Source: Pelagibacteraceae bacterium AG-422-B15 (lineage in GTDB: Bacteria; Pseudomonadota; Alphaproteobacteria; Pelagibacterales; AG-422-B15). Taken from it: DNA of 64,000 bases. Every line of letters starts with the position of its first letter. Positions within the stretch are counted from its first letter, which is position 1. Made by a program: the position numbers and the translations under genes. Shown one piece after another: positions 8,272-17,672 of this stretch. Where the stretch lies: positions 57,956 through 121,955 of the forward strand of contig QCMN01000001.1 in assembly GCA_003213715.1 (NCBI GenBank), in the 5' to 3' direction. The notes under the pieces are model-generated. The model was not told where the DNA came from. It saw only the letters and a list, made by a program, of their open reading frames with translations, and did not search any database.

Positions 8272-9393
8272 ATGTCTAGATTAACTAAACTAATCTCTTT
8301 GGCTGCTTTATTGGTGGCTCCATCTATGGCTACAGCCGCGGAAGTAAACGTGGTGTCATGGGGAGGCGCTTATACAGAAAGTCAAAAGCTAGGTTACGGG
8401 GACCCATATCAGGAAATGAGTGGCGTTCAAGTAAACTGGATCGACTACAGTGGAGGTTTGAGTGAAATTAAAGCTCAGGTCGAGTCTGGAGCGATTACTT
8501 GGGACATTATCGATGTGTATGCACGTGATACAATTATCGGTTGTGACGAAGGATTGTTTGTAGAATTCGATTTCGATAACGACTTCCCTGCTGGTGTTAA
8601 CGGTATGAAAGCAAGTGACGATTTCTTTGCTCCAATGCCTAGTGATTGTGCCGTGGGTAACATTCTTTATTCATGGAACTACGCTTACAACACTGACAAT
8701 GTAAATTTTGATGGAAGTTATCCAGATTCAATGGAGGACTTCTTTAACCCAGATAAATATCCAGGAGTAAGATCTATCTACTCTTCAGCTATGTCAAACT
8801 TAGAGTTTGCTCTAGTTGCTGATGGTGTTCCTGCATCTGATGTGTATGACTACATGGAAGATAATGGAATTGATAGAGCCCTTGATAAGCTTACAGATCT
8901 TTGCACAAACCCTAACGGTGGCTGCATTTTCTGGTCAGCTGGTGCACAACCACCTGAGCAGTTAGTATCTGGTGAAGCTATTATGGCTACTGGATGGAAT
9001 GGACGTCACTTCAATGCCATCGTGAACGAAGGTTCACCAATGAAAATGGTATGGGATGGCCAGATCCTTGACTATGAGTACTTCGTACTTGTTAAAGGTG
9101 GACCAAACCAAGAAGAAGCTATGAAAGCTCTTCAGTACTTCACTAGTTCTGAAGGTTTAGCTGGAAGTGCTAAGCACATTGCTTACGCTCCTTTCCGTAT
9201 CTCATCTCTTGATGTGATTATGGCTGATGAGCCGTGGTTCTATTCTGAGCAAGCAGGTGCTGTTGAGATTATGCCTCACATGCCTACTGCTCCAGCAAAT
9301 ACTGAGAACTACGTTCTTATGAACCCTGAGTGGTACGCTGATAACAACACTGAAATCAACGACGCTTGGGAAGCTTGGAAAGCTAACCTATAA
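8272..9393 (+). CDS. Periplasmic solute-binding protein, PotD/PotF-type (family 1 SBP)
   Basis: The ATG at 8272 is preceded by AAGGAGA. Signal peptide is LISLAALLVAPSMATA/AEV. The SBP-like body is SWGGAYTESQK...ATGWNGR. The track start at 8218 is rejected. Codon usage is visibly GC3/optimal-codon biased. Confidence 0.8.
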   Translation: MSRLTKLISLAALLVAPSMATAAEVNVVSWGGAYTESQKLGYGDPYQEMSGVQVNWIDYSGGLSEIKAQVESGAITWDIIDVYARDTIIGCDEGLFVEFDFDNDFPAGVNGMKASDDFFAPMPSDCAVGNILYSWNYAYNTDNVNFDGSYPDSMEDFFNPDKYPGVRSIYSSAMSNLEFALVADGVPASDVYDYMEDNGIDRALDKLTDLCTNPNGGCIFWSAGAQPPEQLVSGEAIMATGWNGRHFNAIVNEGSPMKMVWDGQILDYEYFVLVKGGPNQEEAMKALQYFTSSEGLAGSAKHIAYAPFRISSLDVIMADEPWFYSEQAGAVEIMPHMPTAPANTENYVLMNPEWYADNNTEINDAWEAWKANL

Positions 9394-9401
9394 GGTTTAA
9401 A

Positions 9402-9427
9402 CTTGGGCAACCTATGGGTTGCCCAAG
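9402..9427 (+). promoter_or_regulatory. Intercistronic stem-loop (11-bp perfect stem, 4-nt loop) between the SBP and permease genes
   Basis: CTTGGGCAACC-TATG-GGTTGCCCAAG read directly from the sequence. There is no strong downstream T-tract, so it is more likely a partial attenuator or mRNA stabiliser than a full terminator. Confidence 0.5.
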
Positions 9428-9454
9428 TACCTCAAATTAAGTATCCTTTTAAAT

Positions 9455-10702
9455 ATGACTGCCGAAATAAGAACCTCGGATGGAGAACTTCTATCCGTCA
9501 AACTCAAAAAAGTTGAGAGAAGACGCAGAACTACTGCTTTTTTACTGGCCGCGCCGCTTCTGTTCTTCATTGTTTTTGCATACGTAATTCCTATATTTCA
9601 GATGTTGGGGCGAAGTATTGATAATGCTGAAATGAACTCGTTTCTTACAGAAACACACGAGGTTATGCAGACATGGGATGGCAGTGAAATGCCTGGCGAG
9701 GATGTAACCTCAACATTTTATTATGAATTGAAGACTGCTGTAGAAAATAAATACCACGGTAAGATTGCAACTCGTTTAAACTATGAAAAAGGTGGCTTTA
9801 CAAGTCTGATTAAAAAGACGTCACGTAAACTTAAAAACTTTGATGAAAATGCTAACTTTCTAGACCAATTCATTGATGTTCATAAAAAATGGGGTGACAT
9901 TGAATATTGGCTAGCATTAAAGAGAGGAACTGACGCTTATCATTTTCGAAAATATTTAACGACATTTGATTATGAACAAAAGTTTGATGGCTCAATTGAA
10001 AGGATTCCTGAAAAGCTTAGAATTAATGTAACCTTGTGGCTGCGAACAATATTTGTTGCCGTTGGAGTAACTTTCTGCTGCTTTATTTTAGCTTACCCGA
10101 TTTCACACTTACTTTCAGTCTTACCGACTCGTTATTCAAATCTATTGATGATCTGCGTCCTTTTGCCCTTCTGGACATCACTGCTTGTTAGAACATCCAG
10201 TTGGATGGTTCTATTACAAAAACAAGGAGTGTTAAATGATACCTTAGTGTCGCTTGGATTTGTTGCAGATGAGTCGAGACTTGAGCTCATGTATAATATG
10301 ACAGGCACATTCATTGCAATGACGCAAATCCTATTGCCATTCATGGTTTTGCCTCTTTATAGTGTAATGAAAACAATTTCACCAAGTTTAATGCGCGCTG
10401 CAACGTCAATGGGTGCAACACCTTTTCACGCTTTTAGAAAAATATATTTTCCTCTGACATACGCGGGAATTAGTGCAGGATCAATTTTAGTATTTGTTTT
10501 AGCGATTGGTTATTACATAACACCTGCATTGGTTGGTGGAGCAAAAGGAATTTTAATTAGTAATAGAATAGCATATCACATGCAGCAATCACTAGACTGG
10601 TCTCTTGCAACGGCGATGGCGACAGTTCTTTTAATAGCAGTGCTAGTGGTATACTGGCTGTACAATAAGATTGTTGGCATAGATAACATGAGGCTTGGAT
10701 AA
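9455..10702 (+). CDS. ABC transporter permease (PotB/PotH-like) with a large extra-membrane insertion after TM1
   Basis: EAA-loop-like LMRAATSMGATPFHAFRKIYFPL and multiple TM segments. A hydrophilic stretch of about 150 aa lies between the first and second hydrophobic segments. The Met at 9455 is chosen because it lies after the hairpin. Confidence 0.8.
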   Translation: MTAEIRTSDGELLSVKLKKVERRRRTTAFLLAAPLLFFIVFAYVIPIFQMLGRSIDNAEMNSFLTETHEVMQTWDGSEMPGEDVTSTFYYELKTAVENKYHGKIATRLNYEKGGFTSLIKKTSRKLKNFDENANFLDQFIDVHKKWGDIEYWLALKRGTDAYHFRKYLTTFDYEQKFDGSIERIPEKLRINVTLWLRTIFVAVGVTFCCFILAYPISHLLSVLPTRYSNLLMICVLLPFWTSLLVRTSSWMVLLQKQGVLNDTLVSLGFVADESRLELMYNMTGTFIAMTQILLPFMVLPLYSVMKTISPSLMRAATSMGATPFHAFRKIYFPLTYAGISAGSILVFVLAIGYYITPALVGGAKGILISNRIAYHMQQSLDWSLATAMATVLLIAVLVVYWLYNKIVGIDNMRLG

Positions 10703-11567
10703 TATGGCATTACCAAAATATACAGAAATGAGATACAGAGTTTGGCACTATTCTTATTTAGTAATTTGTACTGCTGTTTTCGTATTTTTGATTGCGCCTC
10801 TTTTTGTGATCATACCACTATCATTCAATGCTGAGCAATATATCCACTTTTCTGACGGTATGCTTGCATTGCAGCCAGAAGCTTTCTCACTGAGGTGGTA
10901 TGAAGATATGATTTATGGAACAAAAAATCCTTGGGGAATAGCAGCTCGAAACAGTGTTTACTATGCATTTTTCTCAACAATTGGAGCAACCGTACTTGGA
11001 ACTGTTGCAGCATTGGGTCTAAGTAGTCGTTACATGCCTTACAAACAATTAATCATGAGTGTACTAATTTCACCAATGATTATTCCACTAATTATTTCTG
11101 GCTCAGCTATCTTTTTTTCACTTGCAAAATTAGGGTTAGCTGCAACTTTTCCTGGCATCGTCATTGCCCATATTATTTTAGGCACACCATTTGTTGTAAT
11201 AACAGTTACTGCAACTTTAAGTGGATTTGATGACAGTATTACGCGTGCAGCATCAAGTCTCGGTAGCACACCAACCAATACTTTTTTTAAAATTACATTA
11301 CCTCTAATAACACCTGGTATTATCTCTGGTGCATTATTTGCATTTGTAACTTCTTTTGATGAAATTGTCGTAATTCTATTCGTGGCAGGAGGAGATAGAA
11401 ATCTTACAACTATCCCACTTCAAATGTGGACTGGTTTGAGAGAGCAGCTCAGCCCGACGATCATGGCTGTTGCTACATGCTTAATTGTACTTTCAACATT
11501 AATCCTGATTGTGACTGAGTTGTTAAGGAGAAGATCTGAGAGGATAAGAGGGATTTCAGCTCAATAA
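10695..11567 (+). CDS. ABC transporter permease (PotC/PotI-like)
   Basis: Six hydrophobic segments and an EAA loop ITRAASSLGSTPTNTFFKITLPL. It overlaps the upstream permease by 8 nt. Confidence 0.85.
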   Translation: MDNMALPKYTEMRYRVWHYSYLVICTAVFVFLIAPLFVIIPLSFNAEQYIHFSDGMLALQPEAFSLRWYEDMIYGTKNPWGIAARNSVYYAFFSTIGATVLGTVAALGLSSRYMPYKQLIMSVLISPMIIPLIISGSAIFFSLAKLGLAATFPGIVIAHIILGTPFVVITVTATLSGFDDSITRAASSLGSTPTNTFFKITLPLITPGIISGALFAFVTSFDEIVVILFVAGGDRNLTTIPLQMWTGLREQLSPTIMAVATCLIVLSTLILIVTELLRRRSERIRGISAQ

Positions 11568-11592
11568 AAGTTAAGACAATTCGTTAAATATA

Positions 11593-12231
11593 CTATAACT
11601 CAAGTCCATCTTTTTTTAATGCTCTTAAAAGATCATTAAATCTGTCTTGCCCAAAGAAAAACTTGTCTTTATAGACTGTTAATGGAACTCCATGATGACC
11701 TGCTTCCAATTGTTCCTTTTGGTTTAATTTTATTTCATCAATCAGGCTTTGCTCAGCCTCTGTTCGTTTTTTTTCAATATCATTATGATTTAAGCCTAAT
11801 TTTGATGATGACTCAGAAATTGAATCATCAGAATTCCAATTTTTCATACCACTCCAAATCTTGCTTGAAACTTCTACGGCAAAATCAAGTTGTCTATCTT
11901 TTTCTATTGCCTGACAGTAATGACATAACTTAAATATACGTGGCTGGTCATCAGAAATTTTACCGGTTAGCATATTTTGTTTTATTGGATCTGGATTTGG
12001 TGTTTTAAATACCATACCGAGTTTTTTTGCCTGTAAAAAATAATCAAACCGTTTTAGAAGAAAATATGTAAATAAGTTCTTACCTTTAAAGAATTCTGGC
12101 TCTCTTATTGCTAACGGGTAGACTTGTTTAAAATTTATATCTACACCGTACTTATCTCTTAACAAAACGATACGCGGTAATATTAAATAAGAGTATGGAC
12201 TTCTAAAGGAGAAATATAAATCTACTTTCAT
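11593..12231 (-). CDS. DsbA-like thioredoxin-fold protein, 2-hydroxychromene-2-carboxylate isomerase family
   Basis: The N-terminus VDLYFSFRSPYSYL and C-terminal GVPLTVYKDKFFFGQDRF are typical of HCCA isomerase / kappa-GST-like proteins. Confidence 0.65.
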   Translation of the reverse strand: MKVDLYFSFRSPYSYLILPRIVLLRDKYGVDINFKQVYPLAIREPEFFKGKNLFTYFLLKRFDYFLQAKKLGMVFKTPNPDPIKQNMLTGKISDDQPRIFKLCHYCQAIEKDRQLDFAVEVSSKIWSGMKNWNSDDSISESSSKLGLNHNDIEKKRTEAEQSLIDEIKLNQKEQLEAGHHGVPLTVYKDKFFFGQDRFNDLLRALKKDGLEL

Positions 12232-13274
12232 ATCTCAAATATTAACCTTTCACATCCAGTGCCTTCAAGAAGATCATTTACTTTTTTCTGATCATTATCT
12301 TCAAGCATTTTATATTCTTCGTTAAGCCACTTTAAACACTTTGCCTGGTAAGGAAATGATTTTTGTTTCCACAGACATCCATCAATCTCTGTTTGCCATT
12401 CTTTATCGCCATTTTCTATTGCTTTAGCGTTTGCTAGCTGTGCAGGCATATAACCCTTACCGATTTCTGCAAGTAATTCCTTTACCGTTGACGGTAAAGT
12501 ATCAATTGATCCCCATTGTTCATCATCTACCTCAATACCAGATTGATCTTCAATTAAACCAACCCAAGCTACTGTCCTTAGAGATACTTCATGACAAATT
12601 TCTCTTGGCGTGGGATCAAAGTTTACAAGTTGAGACAGTTGACCATACATTGCAAAATCGCTTGATGAGGGTCTATTGCTTATCAAATAGGGTGTTGATG
12701 TGAAATGTTTCTCAAGTATACCCAATAAACGTCTGAAACTTGCATCTATGATAGGAGCTGTATCATTGTTGGAACCCACTACCCATAACCTATCTATCTG
12801 CCTTTTGCTTATCATTCCCTTTAAATTATCTAGCATTTCATTTGGCATCATTCCTACGGTTTGAAGAGGTAAAATTGTTCCTGCATTTTCTGCATCTTTT
12901 TGATCATGCCATCTATAATGAAACATATATTTCGTCCCCCACTCATCAGCAAAATCTTCAATTAAATAATTTAGAAACGCAAGTGCAGGATCAGATGGAA
13001 TAGTACTACGCTCACTAACCTCTTTATCAATCCTTCTTATTAACGGAGTCGAATCTGTTACAGCTTTTAAATTTCCATTTTCATCAGGTAAGACAAATGT
13101 TGGCAGTAGTCCAGGCTTGGGCTTTTCAATTCCCTCTTGATCAAGATATTTTGAAGGATCTCCCCAAATCATTTTATAAGGAATACGTTTATACCTAAGA
13201 TATGAAAGCATCTTACGTGTATAGGGTGAGCCCACACCGCCAAGAACAACTAATGGATTTGGTAAACTCATCAT
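12228..13274 (-). CDS. Glutathione S-transferase-like protein (N-terminal GST/thioredoxin-like domain, extended C-terminus)
   Basis: 348 aa. GVGSPYTRKMLSYLRYKRIPYK resembles a GST N-domain. It overlaps the downstream gene by 4 nt. Confidence 0.55.
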   Translation of the reverse strand: MMSLPNPLVVLGGVGSPYTRKMLSYLRYKRIPYKMIWGDPSKYLDQEGIEKPKPGLLPTFVLPDENGNLKAVTDSTPLIRRIDKEVSERSTIPSDPALAFLNYLIEDFADEWGTKYMFHYRWHDQKDAENAGTILPLQTVGMMPNEMLDNLKGMISKRQIDRLWVVGSNNDTAPIIDASFRRLLGILEKHFTSTPYLISNRPSSSDFAMYGQLSQLVNFDPTPREICHEVSLRTVAWVGLIEDQSGIEVDDEQWGSIDTLPSTVKELLAEIGKGYMPAQLANAKAIENGDKEWQTEIDGCLWKQKSFPYQAKCLKWLNEEYKMLEDNDQKKVNDLLEGTGCERLIFEI

Positions 13275-13281
13275 TATTCTC

Positions 13282-13986
13282 CTACTTCTGAATTATTTTT
13301 GAACCAGTATCGGTTAGATCTTTTGACTGTTTCATATTTCTCATCAACTCCATAATATCAATTGGTACTGCAACACCTTTTTTGCAAGCCGGTCTATCTT
13401 CCATCATCTGCATCCATCTTTTTACACCTTTAAGACCGTCGATATTCACACCTGACCATTTATATGTTCTTACCCAACACCAATTTGCAATATCAGCTAT
13501 GCTAAAATCATCAGCAAGATACTCATTTTCTTTTAAGCGTGTCTCCATAACTTCAAACAAGCGTCTTCCTTCGTTTTGATAACGATCAATTGCTGGTTGT
13601 ATTTTTTCTCCAGGCCAATAACGAAAGAAAACATTGGCCTGCCCCATCATCGGACCAATTCCTCCCATTTGAAACATTAACCACTGAATAACTTTTGAAC
13701 GTGCAATTGACTCTGTAGGCAATAATTTGCCTGCTTTCTCAGCCAAATAAATTAGCTGTGCACCACTTTCCATTATTGAAAGGTTATCGTTTTCAGTATC
13801 AACTATTACGGGAATACGCCCATTAGGATTCATTGCTAAAAATTCGGGCTTCTTTTGATCACCAGCTTGTAAATTCACAACATGAACATTGTAAGGTATT
13901 TCCAACTCCTCAAGAGCTACTGAAATCTTATATCCATTTGGTGTAGGTGAAGTATATAATTCAATCATTAATTTCTTTTGTTTCAA
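13282..13986 (-). CDS. Glutathione S-transferase (YfcG/YghU-like, Nu-class-like)
   Basis: [20 protein letters not shown]...[17 protein letters not shown]...[12 protein letters not shown] are classic GST N-domain motifs. Confidence 0.8.
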   Translation of the reverse strand: MKQKKLMIELYTSPTPNGYKISVALEELEIPYNVHVVNLQAGDQKKPEFLAMNPNGRIPVIVDTENDNLSIMESGAQLIYLAEKAGKLLPTESIARSKVIQWLMFQMGGIGPMMGQANVFFRYWPGEKIQPAIDRYQNEGRRLFEVMETRLKENEYLADDFSIADIANWCWVRTYKWSGVNIDGLKGVKRWMQMMEDRPACKKGVAVPIDIMELMRNMKQSKDLTDTGSKIIQK

Positions 13987-14383
13987 TGTTTAATTGGCCT
14001 GCTAATCCTGCTTCGCGGTGCTGATAAGCTTCAAGATATTCTGGGTCACTGGGCATCATATTTTCGCCCATTATTTTTCTTGAAGGCCATTTTGCAATAG
14101 CAACAACGTCCCATAATTCCTCAACTTTACCGACCGCTAAACGTTTTACATCTGTATGCAAAACTAATTCTCCTCCAATTTCCTTTAGATGTTTATCCAT
14201 GAACTCAGCATAAATTGTGTAAGCCTCTCTTCCGGTTAGGCTGGTTTCTCTCCCATCTTTATATTCCGCTTTCTCTTTAAACTTGAGAAGATTAAGCATG
14301 TATATTGGTTCATTGTCGTCCGTATTCTCAAAAAAACCTTTCATTTGTTCTCTATTTGGAAAAACACGATTCTCTACTTTCAT
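13961..14383 (-). CDS. DUF1330 domain protein
   Basis: 140 aa. [15 protein letters not shown]...[17 protein letters not shown]...[12 protein letters not shown] resembles DUF1330 (dimeric alpha/beta-barrel-like). Confidence 0.6.
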   Translation of the reverse strand: MKVENRVFPNREQMKGFFENTDDNEPIYMLNLLKFKEKAEYKDGRETSLTGREAYTIYAEFMDKHLKEIGGELVLHTDVKRLAVGKVEELWDVVAIAKWPSRKIMGENMMPSDPEYLEAYQHREAGLAGQLNIETKEIND

Positions 14384-14853
14384 TTCTGTTTCCTTTCAAT
14401 GGTCGAGATAAAAAACATTAAAAGTGTAACAAATAACATGACACTTGTCCCAACTAAACCTCCTGGGGCAGTTGAAGTGAGATAATCCTGATCTAAATTA
14501 TGCATCGTCATCGTTACAATTCTTAATATATTATCGAATACGAAAACTAGCCAGGCTAATGATAAAAGGCTTTTATATTTTATAAGAATTATAATTGATA
14601 TAAAAAGTACTACGATCTGTGATCCACCCCATAAAGAACCTATAAGATAAATTACACTATTAGGATTTAAATTATTAACCTCTGGAAAAATTATAATTGA
14701 AGCAATTGAATTTAAACCAGCATCTTGAGCGAACATGTGGGTAAACGATCTGAACGCTACTAATGCGAGATACAAATAAAAAAACCAAAGTGCAAATTTT
14801 AGACCCTGATAATTGTTGTTTGCTTCCGTGGGAAAAAGGCTGATAAATTTCAT
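14380..14853 (-). CDS. Integral membrane protein, unknown function
   Basis: 157 aa with about 4 hydrophobic helices. It is tightly coupled to both neighbours (0-nt gap upstream, 4-nt overlap downstream). Confidence 0.5.
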   Translation of the reverse strand: MKFISLFPTEANNNYQGLKFALWFFYLYLALVAFRSFTHMFAQDAGLNSIASIIIFPEVNNLNPNSVIYLIGSLWGGSQIVVLFISIIILIKYKSLLSLAWLVFVFDNILRIVTMTMHNLDQDYLTSTAPGGLVGTSVMLFVTLLMFFISTIERKQK

Positions 14854-15783
14854 TTAATTAGCAAAATTGTGATTTCCCATTTTTTTACACACTTCATTAA
14901 ACTGCGAAATGGTTTCATTGATAATTTCCTCAACACCTTTGATCTCATCAATTAGGCCCATCGATTGCCCTGCCAATGCTGGAGCTGCGTTCATATCACC
15001 CTCAAAATATAGTTTCTTAATACCAAACATTGCGGACATATCCATTTCACCCTTTTCATAAATACCGTGAGTGAAGTCAGTTTTAATTGCACGAACACAA
15101 GGTTTAGATTTTTTATTTAATATGTAAGTTCCTTGTTCGTCTGAATCTAAAATTGCTTGCTTGTAATTTTGATGAACCGGACTCTCTTTAGATGATACAA
15201 ACCTAGTCCCCATTTGTATTCCCTCAGCTCCTGCTGCAAATGCTGCGGCCATTCCTATGCCATCAACTATACCTCCTGCTGCAATCATCGGTATATCAGA
15301 ATGCTTTCTAATAGACTGCAATAATACGTAAAGTCCAACTTCTTCAGGATTTTTAAATCCACCTCCCTCAGTCCCTTCAACTACTAACCCATCCACACCA
15401 GCTTTTATTGCTTTTAGTGCGCCTGCCAAACTTGGCACAGCATGAAAGACTTTTATGCCTGCATCTTTTAAAATGTGAATATATTTTGCTGGATCACCTG
15501 CAGATGTAGTTACAAATTTTACTTTCTCTTCGATAACCAAATTGATCATACTTTCATCACGTAAAAAAAGAATTGGTAGATTCACGCCAAAGGGTCGATT
15601 GGTGAGTGTACTCATTTTTTTGATTTCCTGCTTACACTCCTCAAGTTCACCTGATGAAGTTTCTATAATTCCAAACCCTCCGGCATTAGAAACCGCTGAA
15701 GCTAGTGCACTTCTTGCTATCCATCCCATTGGGGCCTGTATAATTGGATATTTAGAGCCAAGTATTTCTGTAATTCTATTCAC
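14854..15783 (-). CDS. Nitronate monooxygenase / 2-nitropropane dioxygenase family FMN enzyme (NMO/FabK-like)
   Basis: IIQAPMGWIA, GVDGLVVEGTEGGGF and IPMIAAGGIVDG are typical of the NMO TIM-barrel family. Confidence 0.8.
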   Translation of the reverse strand: MNRITEILGSKYPIIQAPMGWIARSALASAVSNAGGFGIIETSSGELEECKQEIKKMSTLTNRPFGVNLPILFLRDESMINLVIEEKVKFVTTSAGDPAKYIHILKDAGIKVFHAVPSLAGALKAIKAGVDGLVVEGTEGGGFKNPEEVGLYVLLQSIRKHSDIPMIAAGGIVDGIGMAAAFAAGAEGIQMGTRFVSSKESPVHQNYKQAILDSDEQGTYILNKKSKPCVRAIKTDFTHGIYEKGEMDMSAMFGIKKLYFEGDMNAAPALAGQSMGLIDEIKGVEEIINETISQFNEVCKKMGNHNFAN

Positions 15784-15812
15784 GAATTTTATATTTTGAA
15801 TAAAGCCTAAAG

Positions 15813-15835
15813 TATTGACATAAACACTGTCAATA
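15813..15835. promoter_or_regulatory. Perfect 8-bp inverted repeat (TATTGACA-N7-TGTCAATA), putative TetR operator overlapping a TTGACA -35 box
   Basis: Read directly from the 66-bp divergent intergenic region between the NMO operon and the TetR gene. Confidence 0.45.
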
Positions 15836-15849
15836 GATAATTTTTATCT

Positions 15850-16437
15850 ATGGTTATTACGCAAATTGTTAACGATGGACGCATCAACAGAAGTAAAACA
15901 ACATTAAATAAAATTGTTGCAGCCACTATTTCTTTATTGAGAAAAAATAACAACGGTCAAATCCCTACCGCCCAGGAAATTGCTGTAAAATCTGGCGTTG
16001 GAATAAGAACTGTTTTTAGGCACATCGACGATATGGAAGGATTAATTGAGGAAGTAAATCGTCGTTATCTAAACGATCTTGAGAACTATATTTTAAAAAA
16101 TAATCCAACACAAAACAGTAAAGATCAGCGAATTGAACATGTAATTAAAGAGCGTTTTTATTTATATAATACTTACCAGCACGTATTTAATTTAACCATT
16201 ACAAGTTTAAATAATTCTAATGCAATAAGAACTGGATTTATAAAATTTAATAATATTTTAAGACAGAGATTCGAAGAATTAATACCTGAAATTAAAATGA
16301 TCAATAAAGATAAACAAAATCTTATCGATACTCTAATTTCGTATGCAGCATGGTTTCGTATGACCAAATTTAATAATACAAAAGAAGAAAAATTTATTGA
16401 AGAATTAAAGTTACTATTTTTAATGGAACTTAAGTAA
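15850..16437 (+). CDS. TetR/AcrR family transcriptional regulator
   Basis: The N-terminal HTH TAQEIAVKSGVGIRTVFRHIDDMEGL is followed by a helical C-domain. Confidence 0.75.
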   Translation: MVITQIVNDGRINRSKTTLNKIVAATISLLRKNNNGQIPTAQEIAVKSGVGIRTVFRHIDDMEGLIEEVNRRYLNDLENYILKNNPTQNSKDQRIEHVIKERFYLYNTYQHVFNLTITSLNNSNAIRTGFIKFNNILRQRFEELIPEIKMINKDKQNLIDTLISYAAWFRMTKFNNTKEEKFIEELKLLFLMELK

Positions 16438-16444
16438 GGTAATT

Positions 16445-17296
16445 ATGTATCAGTCAACAGTTAGAAAAACTTTGTTATCTCTAGTTGTTTTCGTTATTAC
16501 GGTAATTATTATTTTGCCATATATTCTTAAAAACTTGGGTTTACATCCTGACTATGATGGAAATACATTTGATTTAGCTGGAAAAAAAGCTCTTATAATT
16601 GCAACAAGTCATGGGGTTTTAAATTATCCAGGAGAGTCATCTGGTAAACCCTCAGGTCTCGCAAGTTCTGAGTTAACTGCCCCCTATTTCGAATTTATAG
16701 ATGCTAACATAAGTGTTGATATTGCTAGTATCAAAGGTGGAGAAATTCCAGTGGATCCACAAACAACATCATATTTTGTGAGGTCTTCATCCGATAAAAG
16801 ATTTTATAAGGATGCTGAGGCGGTTGATAAACTTAACAATTCAATCAATATTAATGAAATAGATTTCTCTGCGTATGATATTGTATTTCTTGCTGGTGGA
16901 TGGGGAGCTGCATATGACTTGGGCTTTTCAGATACCTTAGCTGCAGGAATTTCTAAAGCATATTACTCTGGAAGCATCATAGGAGCAATTTGCCATGGTC
17001 CTTTGGGGTTAATTAATTCAAAAGATAAAAACGGCAACATTCTCATTGCAGGAAGGAAAATGACTGGTGTAACTGACAAACAAGTCAAAGAACTTAATAT
17101 TACAATGACACCATTACATCCAGAAGAAGAATTAAAAAAAGCAGGCGCATTGTTTGAAGCTAAAACCAAATTTCTTGACCAGTTTGCTTATCACGTAGTT
17201 GTTGATGATGAAAAACGATTTGTAACTGGTCAAAATCAAAATTCAGGCCATGAAACTGCACAAAGAATTATGGAAATAATAGAGGAGTCATCATGA
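16445..17296 (+). CDS. DJ-1/PfpI (class I glutamine amidotransferase-like) family protein with N-terminal membrane anchor
   Basis: The nucleophile elbow GAICHGPLGL is preceded by VFLAGGWGAAYD. The N-terminal hydrophobic helix is LLSLVVFVITVIIILPYIL. Confidence 0.7.
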   Translation: MYQSTVRKTLLSLVVFVITVIIILPYILKNLGLHPDYDGNTFDLAGKKALIIATSHGVLNYPGESSGKPSGLASSELTAPYFEFIDANISVDIASIKGGEIPVDPQTTSYFVRSSSDKRFYKDAEAVDKLNNSININEIDFSAYDIVFLAGGWGAAYDLGFSDTLAAGISKAYYSGSIIGAICHGPLGLINSKDKNGNILIAGRKMTGVTDKQVKELNITMTPLHPEEELKKAGALFEAKTKFLDQFAYHVVVDDEKRFVTGQNQNSGHETAQRIMEIIEESS

Positions 17297-17670
17297 ATAA
17301 ATTTTTAATTATTCTAAATACAATAAACGGATTTATATTTATCGTACTTGGTCTTGTTTGGATAATATCTCCTTACGATGCTGGAGCAAATTTTGGTATA
17401 TTAGTAATTCCAGAAGGATTAGGTCGAAGCAGTCTTATTGGCGATGTTGGAAGTTATTTTTTTTGCATTGGTTTGATGATGATACTTGCAGCTTATACTC
17501 TAAAAAATATCTGGTTTTATGCTCCTGCAATGCTTTTAAGTGTTACAGCAATATTTAGAATTATATCGTGGGCAGCACATGATGCAACTTTTGCAACACA
17601 ATTTATTGTAATTGAAATTGTTCTTGTTGCAATATTGCTTATTACATCCAGAAGGGTTTCTGGTAATTAA
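17293..17670 (+). CDS. Small integral membrane protein, unknown function
   Basis: 125 aa with 4 predicted hydrophobic helices. It overlaps the upstream gene by 4 nt. Confidence 0.5.
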   Translation: MNKFLIILNTINGFIFIVLGLVWIISPYDAGANFGILVIPEGLGRSSLIGDVGSYFFCIGLMMILAAYTLKNIWFYAPAMLLSVTAIFRIISWAAHDATFATQFIVIEIVLVAILLITSRRVSGN

Positions 17671-17672
17671 CT

